NCBI GenBank assembly: GCA_037305845.1
Contig: CP147778.1
Location: 1,856,001 to 1,920,000 of the forward strand
DNA from: Candidatus Freyarchaeum deiterrae
GTDB lineage: Archaea; Asgardarchaeota; Jordiarchaeia; Jordiarchaeales; Jordiarchaeaceae
DNA: 64,000 bases
Direction: 5' to 3'
In this document: positions 19,985 through 29,607 of the stretch, one piece after another
Layout of the letters: the number at the start of each line of letters is the position of its first letter
Numbering within the stretch: the first letter of the stretch is position 1
The notes under the pieces: model-generated
The model's input: the letters and a program-made list of their open reading frames with translations, nothing else
Databases searched by the model: none
Told to the model about the DNA's origin: nothing
Program-made: the position numbers and the translations under genes

Positions 19985-21601
19985 TCAGGTACCCTCAGCC
20001 CAACCATGAATATACGCATCCTGCTCTGGAGTCAGAACATCCAACTTAAGACCCATAGCCGCGCACTTTAATTGAGCCACAGTATTATCAATCGCTTCGG
20101 GAATATCCAAAACAACACTGCCCATCTTAGACAAAGACTCCCTGTTCTTGACAATATACTCTACCGCCAAAGCTTGGTCTGAGAAGCTCATGTCCATAAC
20201 CTTACCAGCCACATGCATAGTAAAAACTCCCAAAGGTGTTGGTTTATTGTGGGATGACATTTTTTGATTTGACTCAGTATCCCTCTGCTTAACACTTCTA
20301 CATAATGGTGTTAAGGGAGAACTAGAAATACTGGTCCACAATCCGCCACCACAGCAAGTTCACACATCTAGAAGTTTTAATTAAACATGTGGTCACTGGG
20401 GTGCCCCTCTGCACAAGCTAGATTCACAAGTCTGCCTTGTCCGAGTAGGTAAATTTTTCTTCCGTCTTTCATTGTGTATTCGTCGACTAGTGGTCTCAAC
20501 TCTCGTTTGCTGACACTGAGTTTCTCTAGGTCCGGTATGTTTATTTCGACATTGAAGTGCCCAGTGTTACAAATTGTCGCCCCGTTTTTGAACTTCTTCA
20601 TATGCTCTGCGTTAACCACGTTTTTACAGCCCGTAGCTGTGACGAAGATGTCGCCTACCTCAGCGGCTTCTATCATGGGCATCACATCGAATCCCTCAAG
20701 TGCAGCCGTTAGCGCTCTGTGTGGGCTAATCTCGCAGATGATAACTCTTCTGGCGCCTAGTCCCTTGGCTCTTATCGCTACGCCTCTACCGCAATGACCA
20801 AAACCAGCGACTACAAAAACTTTACCTGCTATAAGATCCGCTGTTGCTCTTAGTATGCCGTCGATGGTGCTTTGTCCGGTTCCCCACAGGTTATCAAATT
20901 TGGGCGCAAACACTTCAGCGTTTACGTTTCCCATTTTGTGGGGGTGTCGTTAGTGGCTAAAATCGGATAGAGTAATACATTATCTTTGGCCATAGCCCTC
21001 AACCGAACAATTCCGGCCATATGTTTAATAAAAACTCTCAGGGGCATTAATGATTTAACATATGGATTCCGGTCGTGGTTTCTTCGGCTCCGGCCCATAC
21101 GGTGTCTGCCCAGTCTTTTTTTTCTCCTAGGATTTTTTTGACTATTTTTATTTCTTCTCCTGTTTCTCCTCTTTTCAGTTTGATGAGTGTTGATACCAGG
21201 TCGGCGCCGTCGTCCAGAGTAATGTTGGGTTTCGCTTTGATTACGTTGGCTATTGCTCTGTAGTAGCCTTCGTGGTCCATTCCTTTCCAGCCGTAGGTGG
21301 ATATGCCTTCTTTTACCAGAGCTGCGACGACGTGGTCCTGTGTTGATAGTGGATTAGAAGCGCATAGGTAGACCTCAGCGCCGCCTGCTTTCAGGGTTTT
21401 CGCGAGCACCGCGGTCTCCTTGGTTAAGTGGAGGCATGCTCCCACTTTCACGTTTTTGAGTGGTTTCTCTTTGGTGAATCTTTGTTTTACTTGCATGAGT
21501 ACCGGCATGTGTGCTTCTGCCCATTCTATTGTGCTCTGTCCGCTTGGCGCCAATTTCATGTCTTTGACTTCGTATTTTTCTCCTTTTTCTGTTTGTGACA
21601 T
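19985..21601 (-). CDS. ahcY: S-adenosylhomocysteine hydrolase, four exons: complement(join(19985..20202,20394..20898,20928..21010,21067..21601)), 446 aa
   Basis: Spliced product has [75 protein letters not shown]; exons total 1341 nt. Confidence 0.93.
20203..20393 (-). other. 191-nt BHB intron 3 of ahcY
   Basis: CCAG-TG^A-CCACATG...CATGTGG-CTGG-TA^A; restores GHPSEVMD. Confidence 0.88.
20899..20927 (-). other. 29-nt BHB intron 2 of ahcY
   Basis: TGGG-AA^A-CGTAAACGC-TGAA-GTGTTTGCG-CCCA-AA^T; restores KWEFDN. Confidence 0.9.
21011..21066 (-). other. 56-nt BHB intron 1 of ahcY
   Basis: CCGG-AA^T-CCATATGTT...AACATATGG-CCGG-AA^T; restores ETTTGIVRL. Confidence 0.9.
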
Positions 21602-21720
21602 TGTTTTTTTCACTCCTTTGTGGGGTGTTTTGTCTTTCTTTTATGGGTTTAGTCTTATAAAAGTTATATATTTGGGTGTGGATAGTTTGCACATGGATAG
21701 GCGTATTTTGTGTGGTTTTT

Positions 21721-22623
21721 ATGCTGTTGGATGCTGTTGAGAAGGCGGTTTTGAATCTTCTGTTAGAGGATTCTTCTCTTGGGATTGTGGGTTTGGCGGG
21801 GAGGCTTGGCAAGAGTCGTAATCATGTAGCCAAGCTGGTTAATCAGTTGTTTGAGAAGGGGGTTTTGAGGAGCTATAGTGTGGTTTTGAATCCTCTGAAA
21901 ATATTGTATGATCGTAGCATTTTTCTGTTTGTTAAGACTAATCCTCATGAGAATGCTATTGTTAGGGGCTTGTTGAGTCTCCCGGAGATTCAGGTTCTTG
22001 ACGGGATTTCTGGTGAGTATTCTCTTTTGGGTTTGTATCGTTTCCGGTCTCCTTCGGAGTTTTCGTCTTTTCTTTCCGGGCTTGATCGGTTGATGGTTGT
22101 TTCGAGGTTTAAGAAGTATCGTTTGGTGGAGGTTTTGGCTACTTTTAAGGAGTCTGGGTTTACTGTTCCGGAATCTAAGGGTGAGTCTTCTGTTCTTTCT
22201 GAGTTTGATTGGAAACTGCTTGGTGCTCTTAGGCAGCAGGTGGTTCGTACGCCTTATTCTCAGACCGATATAGCGAAAATGTTGGGTGTTTCGCAGCCTG
22301 TTGTTTCGAGAAGTATCTCAAAGCTGCGGAGCGAGAATGTGATTATTGGTTATACTGCTCGTATAAATTTTTCAGCAGTTGGTTTGGAAGCGAAGTTTTA
22401 TTTAGAAATTAGAGTTGATCCGCGTTCCTATCTTTCAGTGGCTAAGAAGCTTTGTGAGTTTGATGAGGTGTGGAGTTTGTATCGGTCTGGTGAGGAGTAT
22501 GGTTTGATGGCTGTTATTCGTGTGAGAGATATTAAACACTATAATCAGCTTCTGCTGAAGATTTTTGAAATGGATGATATTATAGATACTTATTCCAGTG
22601 TGGTTTTTCAGGAATGGATGTAA
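21721..22623 (+). CDS. Tandem (duplicated) Lrp/AsnC-family regulator, divergent from ahcY
   Basis: Two HTH + RAM modules (LDAVEKAVL..., LSEFDWKLL...SQTDIAKMLGVSQPVVSR; SGEYSL and SGEEYGL). Confidence 0.85.
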   Translation: MLLDAVEKAVLNLLLEDSSLGIVGLAGRLGKSRNHVAKLVNQLFEKGVLRSYSVVLNPLKILYDRSIFLFVKTNPHENAIVRGLLSLPEIQVLDGISGEYSLLGLYRFRSPSEFSSFLSGLDRLMVVSRFKKYRLVEVLATFKESGFTVPESKGESSVLSEFDWKLLGALRQQVVRTPYSQTDIAKMLGVSQPVVSRSISKLRSENVIIGYTARINFSAVGLEAKFYLEIRVDPRSYLSVAKKLCEFDEVWSLYRSGEEYGLMAVIRVRDIKHYNQLLLKIFEMDDIIDTYSSVVFQEWM

Positions 22624-22777
22624 TCTTGAAGATGAATAGTTTGGCGGATTGATTTACATTTTTTCGCCTTTTATATTTCTTTCTTTTTAAGAAATATTTT
22701 TATAATATGTGTTTTAATTATGAAAGCTTATAGACGATTAGGATACTGTTGATTTGTTTTGGTTCGGAGGTAAGTGG

Positions 22778-23800
22778 ATGTCTTTGTATGGGTTGCGGGT
22801 TATTTGGAAGCCGGAGATGTATCATGGACATTCGAAGAAGAGAAATTTCTTTGAGGGCTGGTATTTTAAGATAATCGATAGTAAAGAAGAGTTTTTTTAT
22901 GCGATTATCCCTGGAGTTTCTCTAGGAAGTAGTAAAGAAGTTTCTCATTCGTTTATTCAAGTCTTAAATGGGGTAGAAGGAACTTCAAGTTATCATACGT
23001 ATAGTCTTGGGGACTTTAGTTATTCTAAAAATAATTTTGAGATTTGGATTGGTAAGAATTATTTTAGTCTGAACGGGATAAAGCTGAATATTGAGGGATC
23101 GGAGGCTCGTATTAAGGGTGAGCTTAAGTTCAAGAATTTGATAGGCTGGCCAGTGAAATTTACTTCTCCAGGAGCGATGGGATGGTATGCCTTTTTGCCT
23201 TTTCTGGAGACTTATCATGGTATTTTGAGCCTTAACCATGATATTGATGGTAACATAACGTTTAATGATCAAAAAGTCAACTTTTCTGGTGGTAAGGGAT
23301 ATATCGAAAAGGATTGGGGATCGTCATTTCCTAGTGCATATATTTGGATGCAGAGTAATCACTTTGACGAAAAGAATGCTTCAATCACGGCTTCTATAGC
23401 TAGAGTGCCTCTTTTGGGGAGATCCTCTACTGGTTTTATTGTTGGATTCTTGTATAATAACAAACTCTATAAATTTACTGCTAATACTGGTGCCAAAATA
23501 ATCAAGTTGCAGAAGAAGGCTAACCTGATAACTGCGAGCTTCAGAGATAAAATGCACCTTTTAGAAATAGAAGCCGCAAAAGAGAAAGGCGCAGAGCTGG
23601 CTTCCCCTATTCTCGGCGAGATGGCTGGGAGAATAAATGAAACTCTCAAGGCAAAAATTAATGTTACTTTATATAGGTTAAATGGAGGAAAAAAAGAGCT
23701 TGTCTTTTCGGGGGTAGGAAGGAATAGTGGTTTAGAAGTTGTAGGAAATTTTAAAGAATTGGTTAGTGGCTTTAAGACCGTCAAACATACTAACGCGTAA
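22778..23800 (+). CDS. Tocopherol cyclase-like protein
   Basis: FFEGWYFK, MGWYAFLPFLE.YHG, GYIEKDWGSSFPSAYIWMQSNHF. Confidence 0.85.
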   Translation: MSLYGLRVIWKPEMYHGHSKKRNFFEGWYFKIIDSKEEFFYAIIPGVSLGSSKEVSHSFIQVLNGVEGTSSYHTYSLGDFSYSKNNFEIWIGKNYFSLNGIKLNIEGSEARIKGELKFKNLIGWPVKFTSPGAMGWYAFLPFLETYHGILSLNHDIDGNITFNDQKVNFSGGKGYIEKDWGSSFPSAYIWMQSNHFDEKNASITASIARVPLLGRSSTGFIVGFLYNNKLYKFTANTGAKIIKLQKKANLITASFRDKMHLLEIEAAKEKGAELASPILGEMAGRINETLKAKINVTLYRLNGGKKELVFSGVGRNSGLEVVGNFKELVSGFKTVKHTNA

Positions 23801-23829
23801 ACTGGCATTCAACAACTTTTGTTTCTCGA

Positions 23830-25839
23830 TTATCCTATTTTGCTTCCTGTTTCGACGTCCTTATCTGGTACTAGTAGTGAGATTTTATCTCCGTCTAAGG
23901 CTGCTAGGAGCATACCGTTTGATAGTATTCCCTGAATTTTTCTGGGTTTTAGGTTTGTTAGCACCGTTACCTTTTTACCTTTTAGTTCTTCGGCTTTGTA
24001 GCTTCCTCCGAGTTTGCCTACTATTGTTGTTTGCTTGTTCGGTTCTGTTTGGACGACTAGTTGTACGAGGTCTCCTTGGATTTTTTTTGCTGTGATTATT
24101 TCTCCTATTCTTATGTCCAGTTTGTTGAATTCGCTGATTTCTATTTCTGGTTTCTTTTCGATTTGTTTTGTTTGTTGTTTTAGTATTTCTATTTCTTTCT
24201 TGATTTCTTCTTCGGGAATTTTTTCGAACAGCGGTTCTGCTTTCATTATTTTGTGTCCTGGTTTTAGTTGTAGTTCCCTTGCAGAGTCCCAATCGTCTAT
24301 TTTTGAGTTTAGGTATTTTTCTAATTTTTCTGCGGATTGGGGTATTATTGGGTAGAGGTAGGTTGTTGCTGAGCGTAGGAAGTTTGCGCAGATGTAGAGT
24401 GTGGTTTTTGCTTCTTCTGGGTTTTCTTTTATTTTTTTCCAGGGTTCTTTGGCTGTGAAGTAACTGTTGGCGAATTTGAAGGATTCTATTATTCTTTTTA
24501 CGGTTTTTGATAGATCGCATTGCTGATAATATGCGGCGAGTTCATCTGTTAAGGAACCAATTAGCTCGATAAATTCCTTGTCACGATTGTCGTAATCTGA
24601 GGGTTTGGGAATTTTGCTGTCATAGCGGTTGTTTATGAAGTTTAGGATTCTGTGTATGAGGTTTCCAATGTTGTCTACTAGGTCTCCGTTTATTCTTTCT
24701 TGGAATTCTTCCCAGCTGAAATTGTTGTCTTTGATTGTGTTTGCTGCTTTGAAGGCTAGGTAGAATCTTACGTAGTCTGCGGGATATTTTTTCAGAATGT
24801 AGTTTAAGGGTATTAGCCAGTTTCGGCTCTTGCTCATTTTTAAGCCTTCGAGGGTTAGATATCCGTTTACTACGTATTTTTTGGGGAGTGTTATTTCCTC
24901 GGTTCCCATGAGTACGGCTGGCCAGAAAAGAAAGTGGTGATAAACTATGTCCTTTCCAATAAAATGGGTTATGAAGGAATCTTCTCCTTTCCAGTAATCC
25001 TCCCAGTTTGTTTCCTTCTTTTTGCTCCAATTGATTGTGGAAGCTATGTATCCTATTGGTGCGTCAAACCAGACGTAGACGTACTGGTTTTCCTTTGCGT
25101 CCTTGTAGGGTAATTTGAATCCCCAGTAATTTTCACGGGTGATGTCCCAGTCCTCAAGTCCCGATTTTATCCACTGGACCACGTAATTAACAACATCTTT
25201 TGGGAAATTTTCTCCCGTTTCATCTGATGTTAACCATTCGTATAGCCTATCAGAAAAGGCGCTGAGCTTGAATATGAAATGGTTCTCTCTTCTTGTCACA
25301 GGCGGATTACCGCAGAGAATGCAGTAGGGCTTAATTATCTCGCCGGGTTCGATTGTTCGTCCGCAAACCTCGCAAGCATCGCTGTATTGGTTCTCCGCGC
25401 CGCAGTATGGGCAGGTACCCTTTATCATTCGGTCTGGCAGGTACGTTTTGTCTTTCTCACAGTAGAAGAGTTCCACCTCTTTTTGGTAAATGTATCCGTT
25501 CTCCCTCAGTTTTAGAAGGAAATGCTCTGTTATTTCCTGATTTTCTTCACTGTGGGTTCTGTAATAGTTATCATAACTGATGTTTAGTGCTTTAAGATCA
25601 TTTAATTGCCTTTCGCGATAATAGTCAACGTGTTCTAGGGGGGTACGTCCAGCTTCACGGGCTGCAATTGAAATGGGAGTGCCATGCTCGTCCGCTCCAC
25701 CAACAAAAACTACATCGTATCCTCTCAATCTGCAAAAACGTGCATAAGCATCTGCCGGGATATATGTGCTTGTAACATGCCCAATGTGAAGATCGCCATT
25801 AGCATAAGGTAGCGCAGTTGTAATCAGAATTCGATTCAA
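23830..25839 (-). CDS. metG: Methionine-tRNA ligase with C-terminal tRNA-binding domain
   Basis: ALPYANGDLHIGH, zinc knuckles, YVWFDAPIGY, KMSKS, NLKPRKIQGILSNGMLLA. Confidence 0.97.
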   Translation of the reverse strand: MNRILITTALPYANGDLHIGHVTSTYIPADAYARFCRLRGYDVVFVGGADEHGTPISIAAREAGRTPLEHVDYYRERQLNDLKALNISYDNYYRTHSEENQEITEHFLLKLRENGYIYQKEVELFYCEKDKTYLPDRMIKGTCPYCGAENQYSDACEVCGRTIEPGEIIKPYCILCGNPPVTRRENHFIFKLSAFSDRLYEWLTSDETGENFPKDVVNYVVQWIKSGLEDWDITRENYWGFKLPYKDAKENQYVYVWFDAPIGYIASTINWSKKKETNWEDYWKGEDSFITHFIGKDIVYHHFLFWPAVLMGTEEITLPKKYVVNGYLTLEGLKMSKSRNWLIPLNYILKKYPADYVRFYLAFKAANTIKDNNFSWEEFQERINGDLVDNIGNLIHRILNFINNRYDSKIPKPSDYDNRDKEFIELIGSLTDELAAYYQQCDLSKTVKRIIESFKFANSYFTAKEPWKKIKENPEEAKTTLYICANFLRSATTYLYPIIPQSAEKLEKYLNSKIDDWDSARELQLKPGHKIMKAEPLFEKIPEEEIKKEIEILKQQTKQIEKKPEIEISEFNKLDIRIGEIITAKKIQGDLVQLVVQTEPNKQTTIVGKLGGSYKAEELKGKKVTVLTNLKPRKIQGILSNGMLLAALDGDKISLLVPDKDVETGSKIG

Positions 25840-26082
25840 ACTCCATCACCTTGAACAGGTCTTTTGATTTGTTTTAAGTGAAAGCATTAATTTTTCTTTA
25901 GAATTTTTTTGATGGGGAAAGCTAAGAAATTCAGCTTCAGTATTTTTTGAATCTCACAATCCCAATTCTGTCATCAGAAAGATGGGACGAAACTATTTTA
26001 AACATTTGGTAGCTAAACTACTGGCTAAGAAAAGTATTAAATCATTTTAAGAGCCTTATTTTACGAAACTCGAATTCCATGG

Positions 26083-26949
26083 TTGAGGGTGATAAATGTG
26101 CAGAACTTTCCTGCTACCGATAATCATATGCATATTAACCCCGTTCTGGGTCTTGGACCTATACAAATTGGAAAAGTATTCCAAAAAGCGGGTGGCACAG
26201 CGTTAATGTGTGTCTGCCTCCCTTCTTGGAGCTACAATGTTAGAGTTTTGAAGCCTTCAGATTACGAAACCTGTTACGGCTATGTTTTCGATTGTGTCGA
26301 AAAAATCAGAACCCTTGGTCTTCATGCTTATGGTGTCATAGGAGTTCATCCTGCTGAGCTAACGCAGATGCTGGATAGAGGAATAGATTTGAAAAAGGCT
26401 AGGGAACTTATGTGTGCTGGATTGGATATAGCTGCGAAATGGATTAAAGAAGAAAAGGCGATAGCTATGGGTGAGATTGGGCGCCCCCACTACCCGGTAA
26501 GTCCAGAGGTTTGGGAGGCTTCAAATGAAATTTTACTATACGCTCTCGGATTAGCTAGAGATTGTGGTTGCGCGGTTCAACTTCACACAGAAAGTGTGGG
26601 TGAAAAAGAAATAATCGAGTTATCCAAAATGGTGAAAAAGGCTAATATGGATCACAGCCGAGTGGTGAAGCATTTTAGTCCACCCTTGATAAAAATTTGT
26701 GAACGAGAAAAAATTTTTCCCTCAATAATTGCTTCAAATAAAAATATTGAAGCTGCCCTCAAGGAGGGAGATCGCTTCCTTCTCGAAACAGACTATATGG
26801 ATGATCCCAAAAGACCAGGAGCGGTTCTGAGTCCCCAATCCGTACCCAAGAGAGTAAACCAATTAAAAGAACAACAAGATTTAAAGGAGCGACTTTGGAA
26901 AGTTAATAAAGAATACCCCGAAAAAATTTACGGCGTTCAATTTTTTTGA
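26083..26949 (+). CDS. TatD-related amidohydrolase/DNase
   Basis: DNHMH, GVHPAE, GEIGRPHY, QLHTE, LLETDY. Confidence 0.88.
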   Translation: MRVINVQNFPATDNHMHINPVLGLGPIQIGKVFQKAGGTALMCVCLPSWSYNVRVLKPSDYETCYGYVFDCVEKIRTLGLHAYGVIGVHPAELTQMLDRGIDLKKARELMCAGLDIAAKWIKEEKAIAMGEIGRPHYPVSPEVWEASNEILLYALGLARDCGCAVQLHTESVGEKEIIELSKMVKKANMDHSRVVKHFSPPLIKICEREKIFPSIIASNKNIEAALKEGDRFLLETDYMDDPKRPGAVLSPQSVPKRVNQLKEQQDLKERLWKVNKEYPEKIYGVQFF

Positions 26950-27065
26950 ACGTTTCAACTAACTCCACCCATGGATCTCGATAAAAATTTTTTCTGGGGT
27001 TGCGTCTTATAGTTTTTGTTAGTACTCGAATGGATTTATAGTCTGATTTCCGATAGAGTTCAGGA

Positions 27066-27737
27066 GTGATTTGGTTGAGTGGAATTGTTAAAAAAAGGGC
27101 CGCTGCTTACAAGGTTCATATTTCCGACTTGGTTAGTGGCAAATGGGTGGAGAAACCTGGCGGCCGATTTGTTTTGACCAATTCTGGATTAGAGGCCCAG
27201 AGGGCTCGAGTTCTGGGAACAGTGGTTGATAAATTTATCAGTTCCCAGTCGGAATTTGGTAGTATTACTGTTGATGACGGTACTAAAACAATTAGAGCTA
27301 AAACTTGGAAAACTCAGAATCCCCTTCTGAATAAAGTCCAGATTGGTGACATTGTAGATCTTATCGGTAAGGTTAGAGAGTATCAGGGTGAGATTTATTT
27401 AGTTCCCGAACTTATCATAAATGTGGACGATCCCAATTGGGAACTTCTAAGAGAATTAGAATTAATTTCCTTTAACCCTAAAGATAAGACTAGTCCCATA
27501 AAGGAAGAAGTAGGGGTATCGGAAGAAGACAAACCCCCCGCTGAAGAAGACCTCGTTGATAAGATTGGTAATGTTTTGGAAATCATAGAAGAAATGGATG
27601 AAGGCGAAGGAGTAGATTTCGAAACAATCAAGAAAAAAACCGGGTTATCACAAAAAGAATTAGAGTCTTGTCTAGTAGAACTGTTGTCTGATGGAACAAT
27701 CTACGAGCCGAGACCTCAGAATTATAGGAAACTCTGA
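27066..27737 (+). CDS. RPA32/RPA2-like ssDNA-binding subunit (OB fold + C-terminal winged helix)
   Basis: RARVLGTVV, DDGT, GKVREYQGE; C-terminal L..DGTIYEP. Confidence 0.82.
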   Translation: MIWLSGIVKKRAAAYKVHISDLVSGKWVEKPGGRFVLTNSGLEAQRARVLGTVVDKFISSQSEFGSITVDDGTKTIRAKTWKTQNPLLNKVQIGDIVDLIGKVREYQGEIYLVPELIINVDDPNWELLRELELISFNPKDKTSPIKEEVGVSEEDKPPAEEDLVDKIGNVLEIIEEMDEGEGVDFETIKKKTGLSQKELESCLVELLSDGTIYEPRPQNYRKL

Positions 27738-27758
27738 AACATTTATGGAGGTTAAACA

Positions 27759-28169
27759 ATGGATGACTACCAACGTCTATTAGATAGAGCACGGGAGCAG
27801 GTGCCCCCTGAAGTATTTGAAAGTAAACGGTTTGATGTTCCTAAGGCGTCTATCTTCGTTGAAGGTAGCAGGACAATTATTAAAAATTACAAAGATATAG
27901 CCCAAGTTATGAATAGAGACCCTCAGCATCTGTTGAAGTTTCTCATGCGTGAATTGGCAACCTCAGGTGTTGTAGATGGACAGAGAGCGGTTTTCCAAGG
28001 AAAATTCTCAAGTAAATCCCTCGACGATTTAATATCAAGATACACCAAGACTTACGTTGTCTGTTCTGAGTGTGGTAAACCTGACACTCATATTGAGAAA
28101 CAAGATAGATTCCAATATTTGGTGTGTGAAGCTTGCGGAGCGAGAGCCTCAATAAAAATTATACAGTAA
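27759..28169 (+). CDS. eif2b: Translation initiation factor 2 beta subunit
   Basis: YQRLLDRA, NRDPQHLLKFL.RELAT, CSECGKPDT, CEACGA. Confidence 0.95.
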   Translation: MDDYQRLLDRAREQVPPEVFESKRFDVPKASIFVEGSRTIIKNYKDIAQVMNRDPQHLLKFLMRELATSGVVDGQRAVFQGKFSSKSLDDLISRYTKTYVVCSECGKPDTHIEKQDRFQYLVCEACGARASIKIIQ

Positions 28170-28221
28170 AAAGCTACATTGTATCCAATTACTATAACAT
28201 GAAACACGGAGAATATAAAAA

Positions 28222-28518
28222 ATGAGAGTATACCTTCGTGTGCGAAGAGTCAATAACGAGGTTTTGGTCGCTGTTTGTGACGAGGACATAGCAGGAAAAA
28301 CCTTCAGAGAAGGCAAGCTCAAAATAGAGGTGAATAAATCCTTTTACTGCGGCGAACTTGTCTCAATAGAAGAAGGCGTTGAGGCGATTAAACAAGGAAC
28401 TATAGTAAACATAGTCGGCAACAACATAGTTTCTGAAGCTATAAGCGCCGGATTAATTCACCCTCTAGGAATCATAAAAATCGAGGGAGTAGCTCACGCA
28501 CAAAAAGTAATAATGTAG
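28222..28518 (+). CDS. DUF424 family protein
   Basis: LVAVCDED..GK.F.EG, FYCGE, NIVG, GVAHAQ. Confidence 0.85.
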   Translation: MRVYLRVRRVNNEVLVAVCDEDIAGKTFREGKLKIEVNKSFYCGELVSIEEGVEAIKQGTIVNIVGNNIVSEAISAGLIHPLGIIKIEGVAHAQKVIM

Positions 28519-28545
28519 ATTCAGATTTGACGGAGCCATAATTTA

Positions 28546-29607
28546 ATGTCGAAAAGATTCTGCGCACTTTGTGGAAAAACAGACGTCCCCCTAATTGAAA
28601 ATCTCTGCCAAGCGTGCTATTTTAAGAAAAACCCCCCTTTCAGCATTAAACATGAACCAGAATTAAGGATTTGTCCTCACTGCTTCAGCTATAAACTCTC
28701 TAAAAAATGGGTACAAACACAAAGCTCAAACCAAACCGAATTCTTAGAACAAGCAATCGCACAGGTCTTACCACTATTCATAAAACACTCTCCAGAGTTT
28801 GATATTACCGTACAACCTCAAATAGATGAAGAAATAAAATTAACAAATAAAATCGAAATCCCCGTCTTAATATCCGCTAAAAAGGATGATATAGTTATTA
28901 CCGAAACATTGCCGGTCACAATTATCATCGAATCTGCTCCATGCGAGGTATGCACAAAAAAAATGAGTGGCGCTTATGAGGCTATACTCCAATTCAGAAG
29001 CTTGAAAGGTCGAATAAGCGAGGAGGAGAAACTACAAGTCTACGATATAATAGACAAAACTCTTTGCTTAGAAAGCTATAAAGGCGCCTACATTTCCGAA
29101 ATTAAAGAGAAAAAACAAGGCTTCGACGCCTATGTTAGCTCAATAAGATTAGCCAAGAGCATAGCAACATCCGCTAAAGATCTTATGGGCGCAAACCTAC
29201 AGGAATCGTTCAAAATTTCGGGAATGAAAGATGGAAAAAAACTAGGAAAATTCTCCCTCTCCGTGAGACTCCCCTCCTTTAGCATAGGCGAAATACTACA
29301 AACCCCTGATAAAACCATCATATTTGAAAAAATCGAAAAAGGAAACCCTATCGGAAAGAATCCAGAAACTGGAGAGCGATCAGTCATCCAATACAAAGAT
29401 TTATGGGAGTCAGAAATACAAAGCTGGGAACCAGAAACAAGAGAATACCAAATAATCTCAAAAACAGGAAACTTCCTCCAACTAATGGATCTAAAAACTT
29501 ACGAAATCACAGAAATAAAAAAAGAAGCCAACTACACCAACCTGAGCGAAGGAGAAACAGTAAAAGCAATAAAGATAGACGAAAAAATAATAATTATCAC
29601 ACCCTAA
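28546..29607 (+). CDS. nmd3: NMD3 family ribosome biogenesis protein
   Basis: FCALCG, LCQAC, ICPHC, CEVC...YEAILQFR, C-terminal OB fold QLMDLKTYE. Confidence 0.9.
   Translation: MSKRFCALCGKTDVPLIENLCQACYFKKNPPFSIKHEPELRICPHCFSYKLSKKWVQTQSSNQTEFLEQAIAQVLPLFIKHSPEFDITVQPQIDEEIKLTNKIEIPVLISAKKDDIVITETLPVTIIIESAPCEVCTKKMSGAYEAILQFRSLKGRISEEEKLQVYDIIDKTLCLESYKGAYISEIKEKKQGFDAYVSSIRLAKSIATSAKDLMGANLQESFKISGMKDGKKLGKFSLSVRLPSFSIGEILQTPDKTIIFEKIEKGNPIGKNPETGERSVIQYKDLWESEIQSWEPETREYQIISKTGNFLQLMDLKTYEITEIKKEANYTNLSEGETVKAIKIDEKIIIITP

Noticed and set aside
20205-20341. N-terminal part of the ORF-track protein 19985..20341
   Set aside because: It is read-through of intron 3 sequence; only VMDMSF onward is AhcY
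21105-21185. Apparent ~20-aa insertion in AhcY exon 1 ([23 protein letters not shown]) as an in-frame intron
   Set aside because: Purine-rich, with no stem or BHB pairing; more likely a protein-level insertion
7490-21613. Reading the split PflX-like, tyrS and ahcY ORFs as pseudogenes, sequencing errors, programmed frameshifts or stop read-through
   Set aside because: Each break is an insertion with an exact BHB geometry whose removal restores the motif, and the exons show no other decay
14265-24520. Long antisense or alternate-frame ORFs (e.g. 14265..14729, 16643..17302, 23975..24520)
   Set aside because: Shadows of real genes caused by low complexity and strand bias; no recognisable motifs
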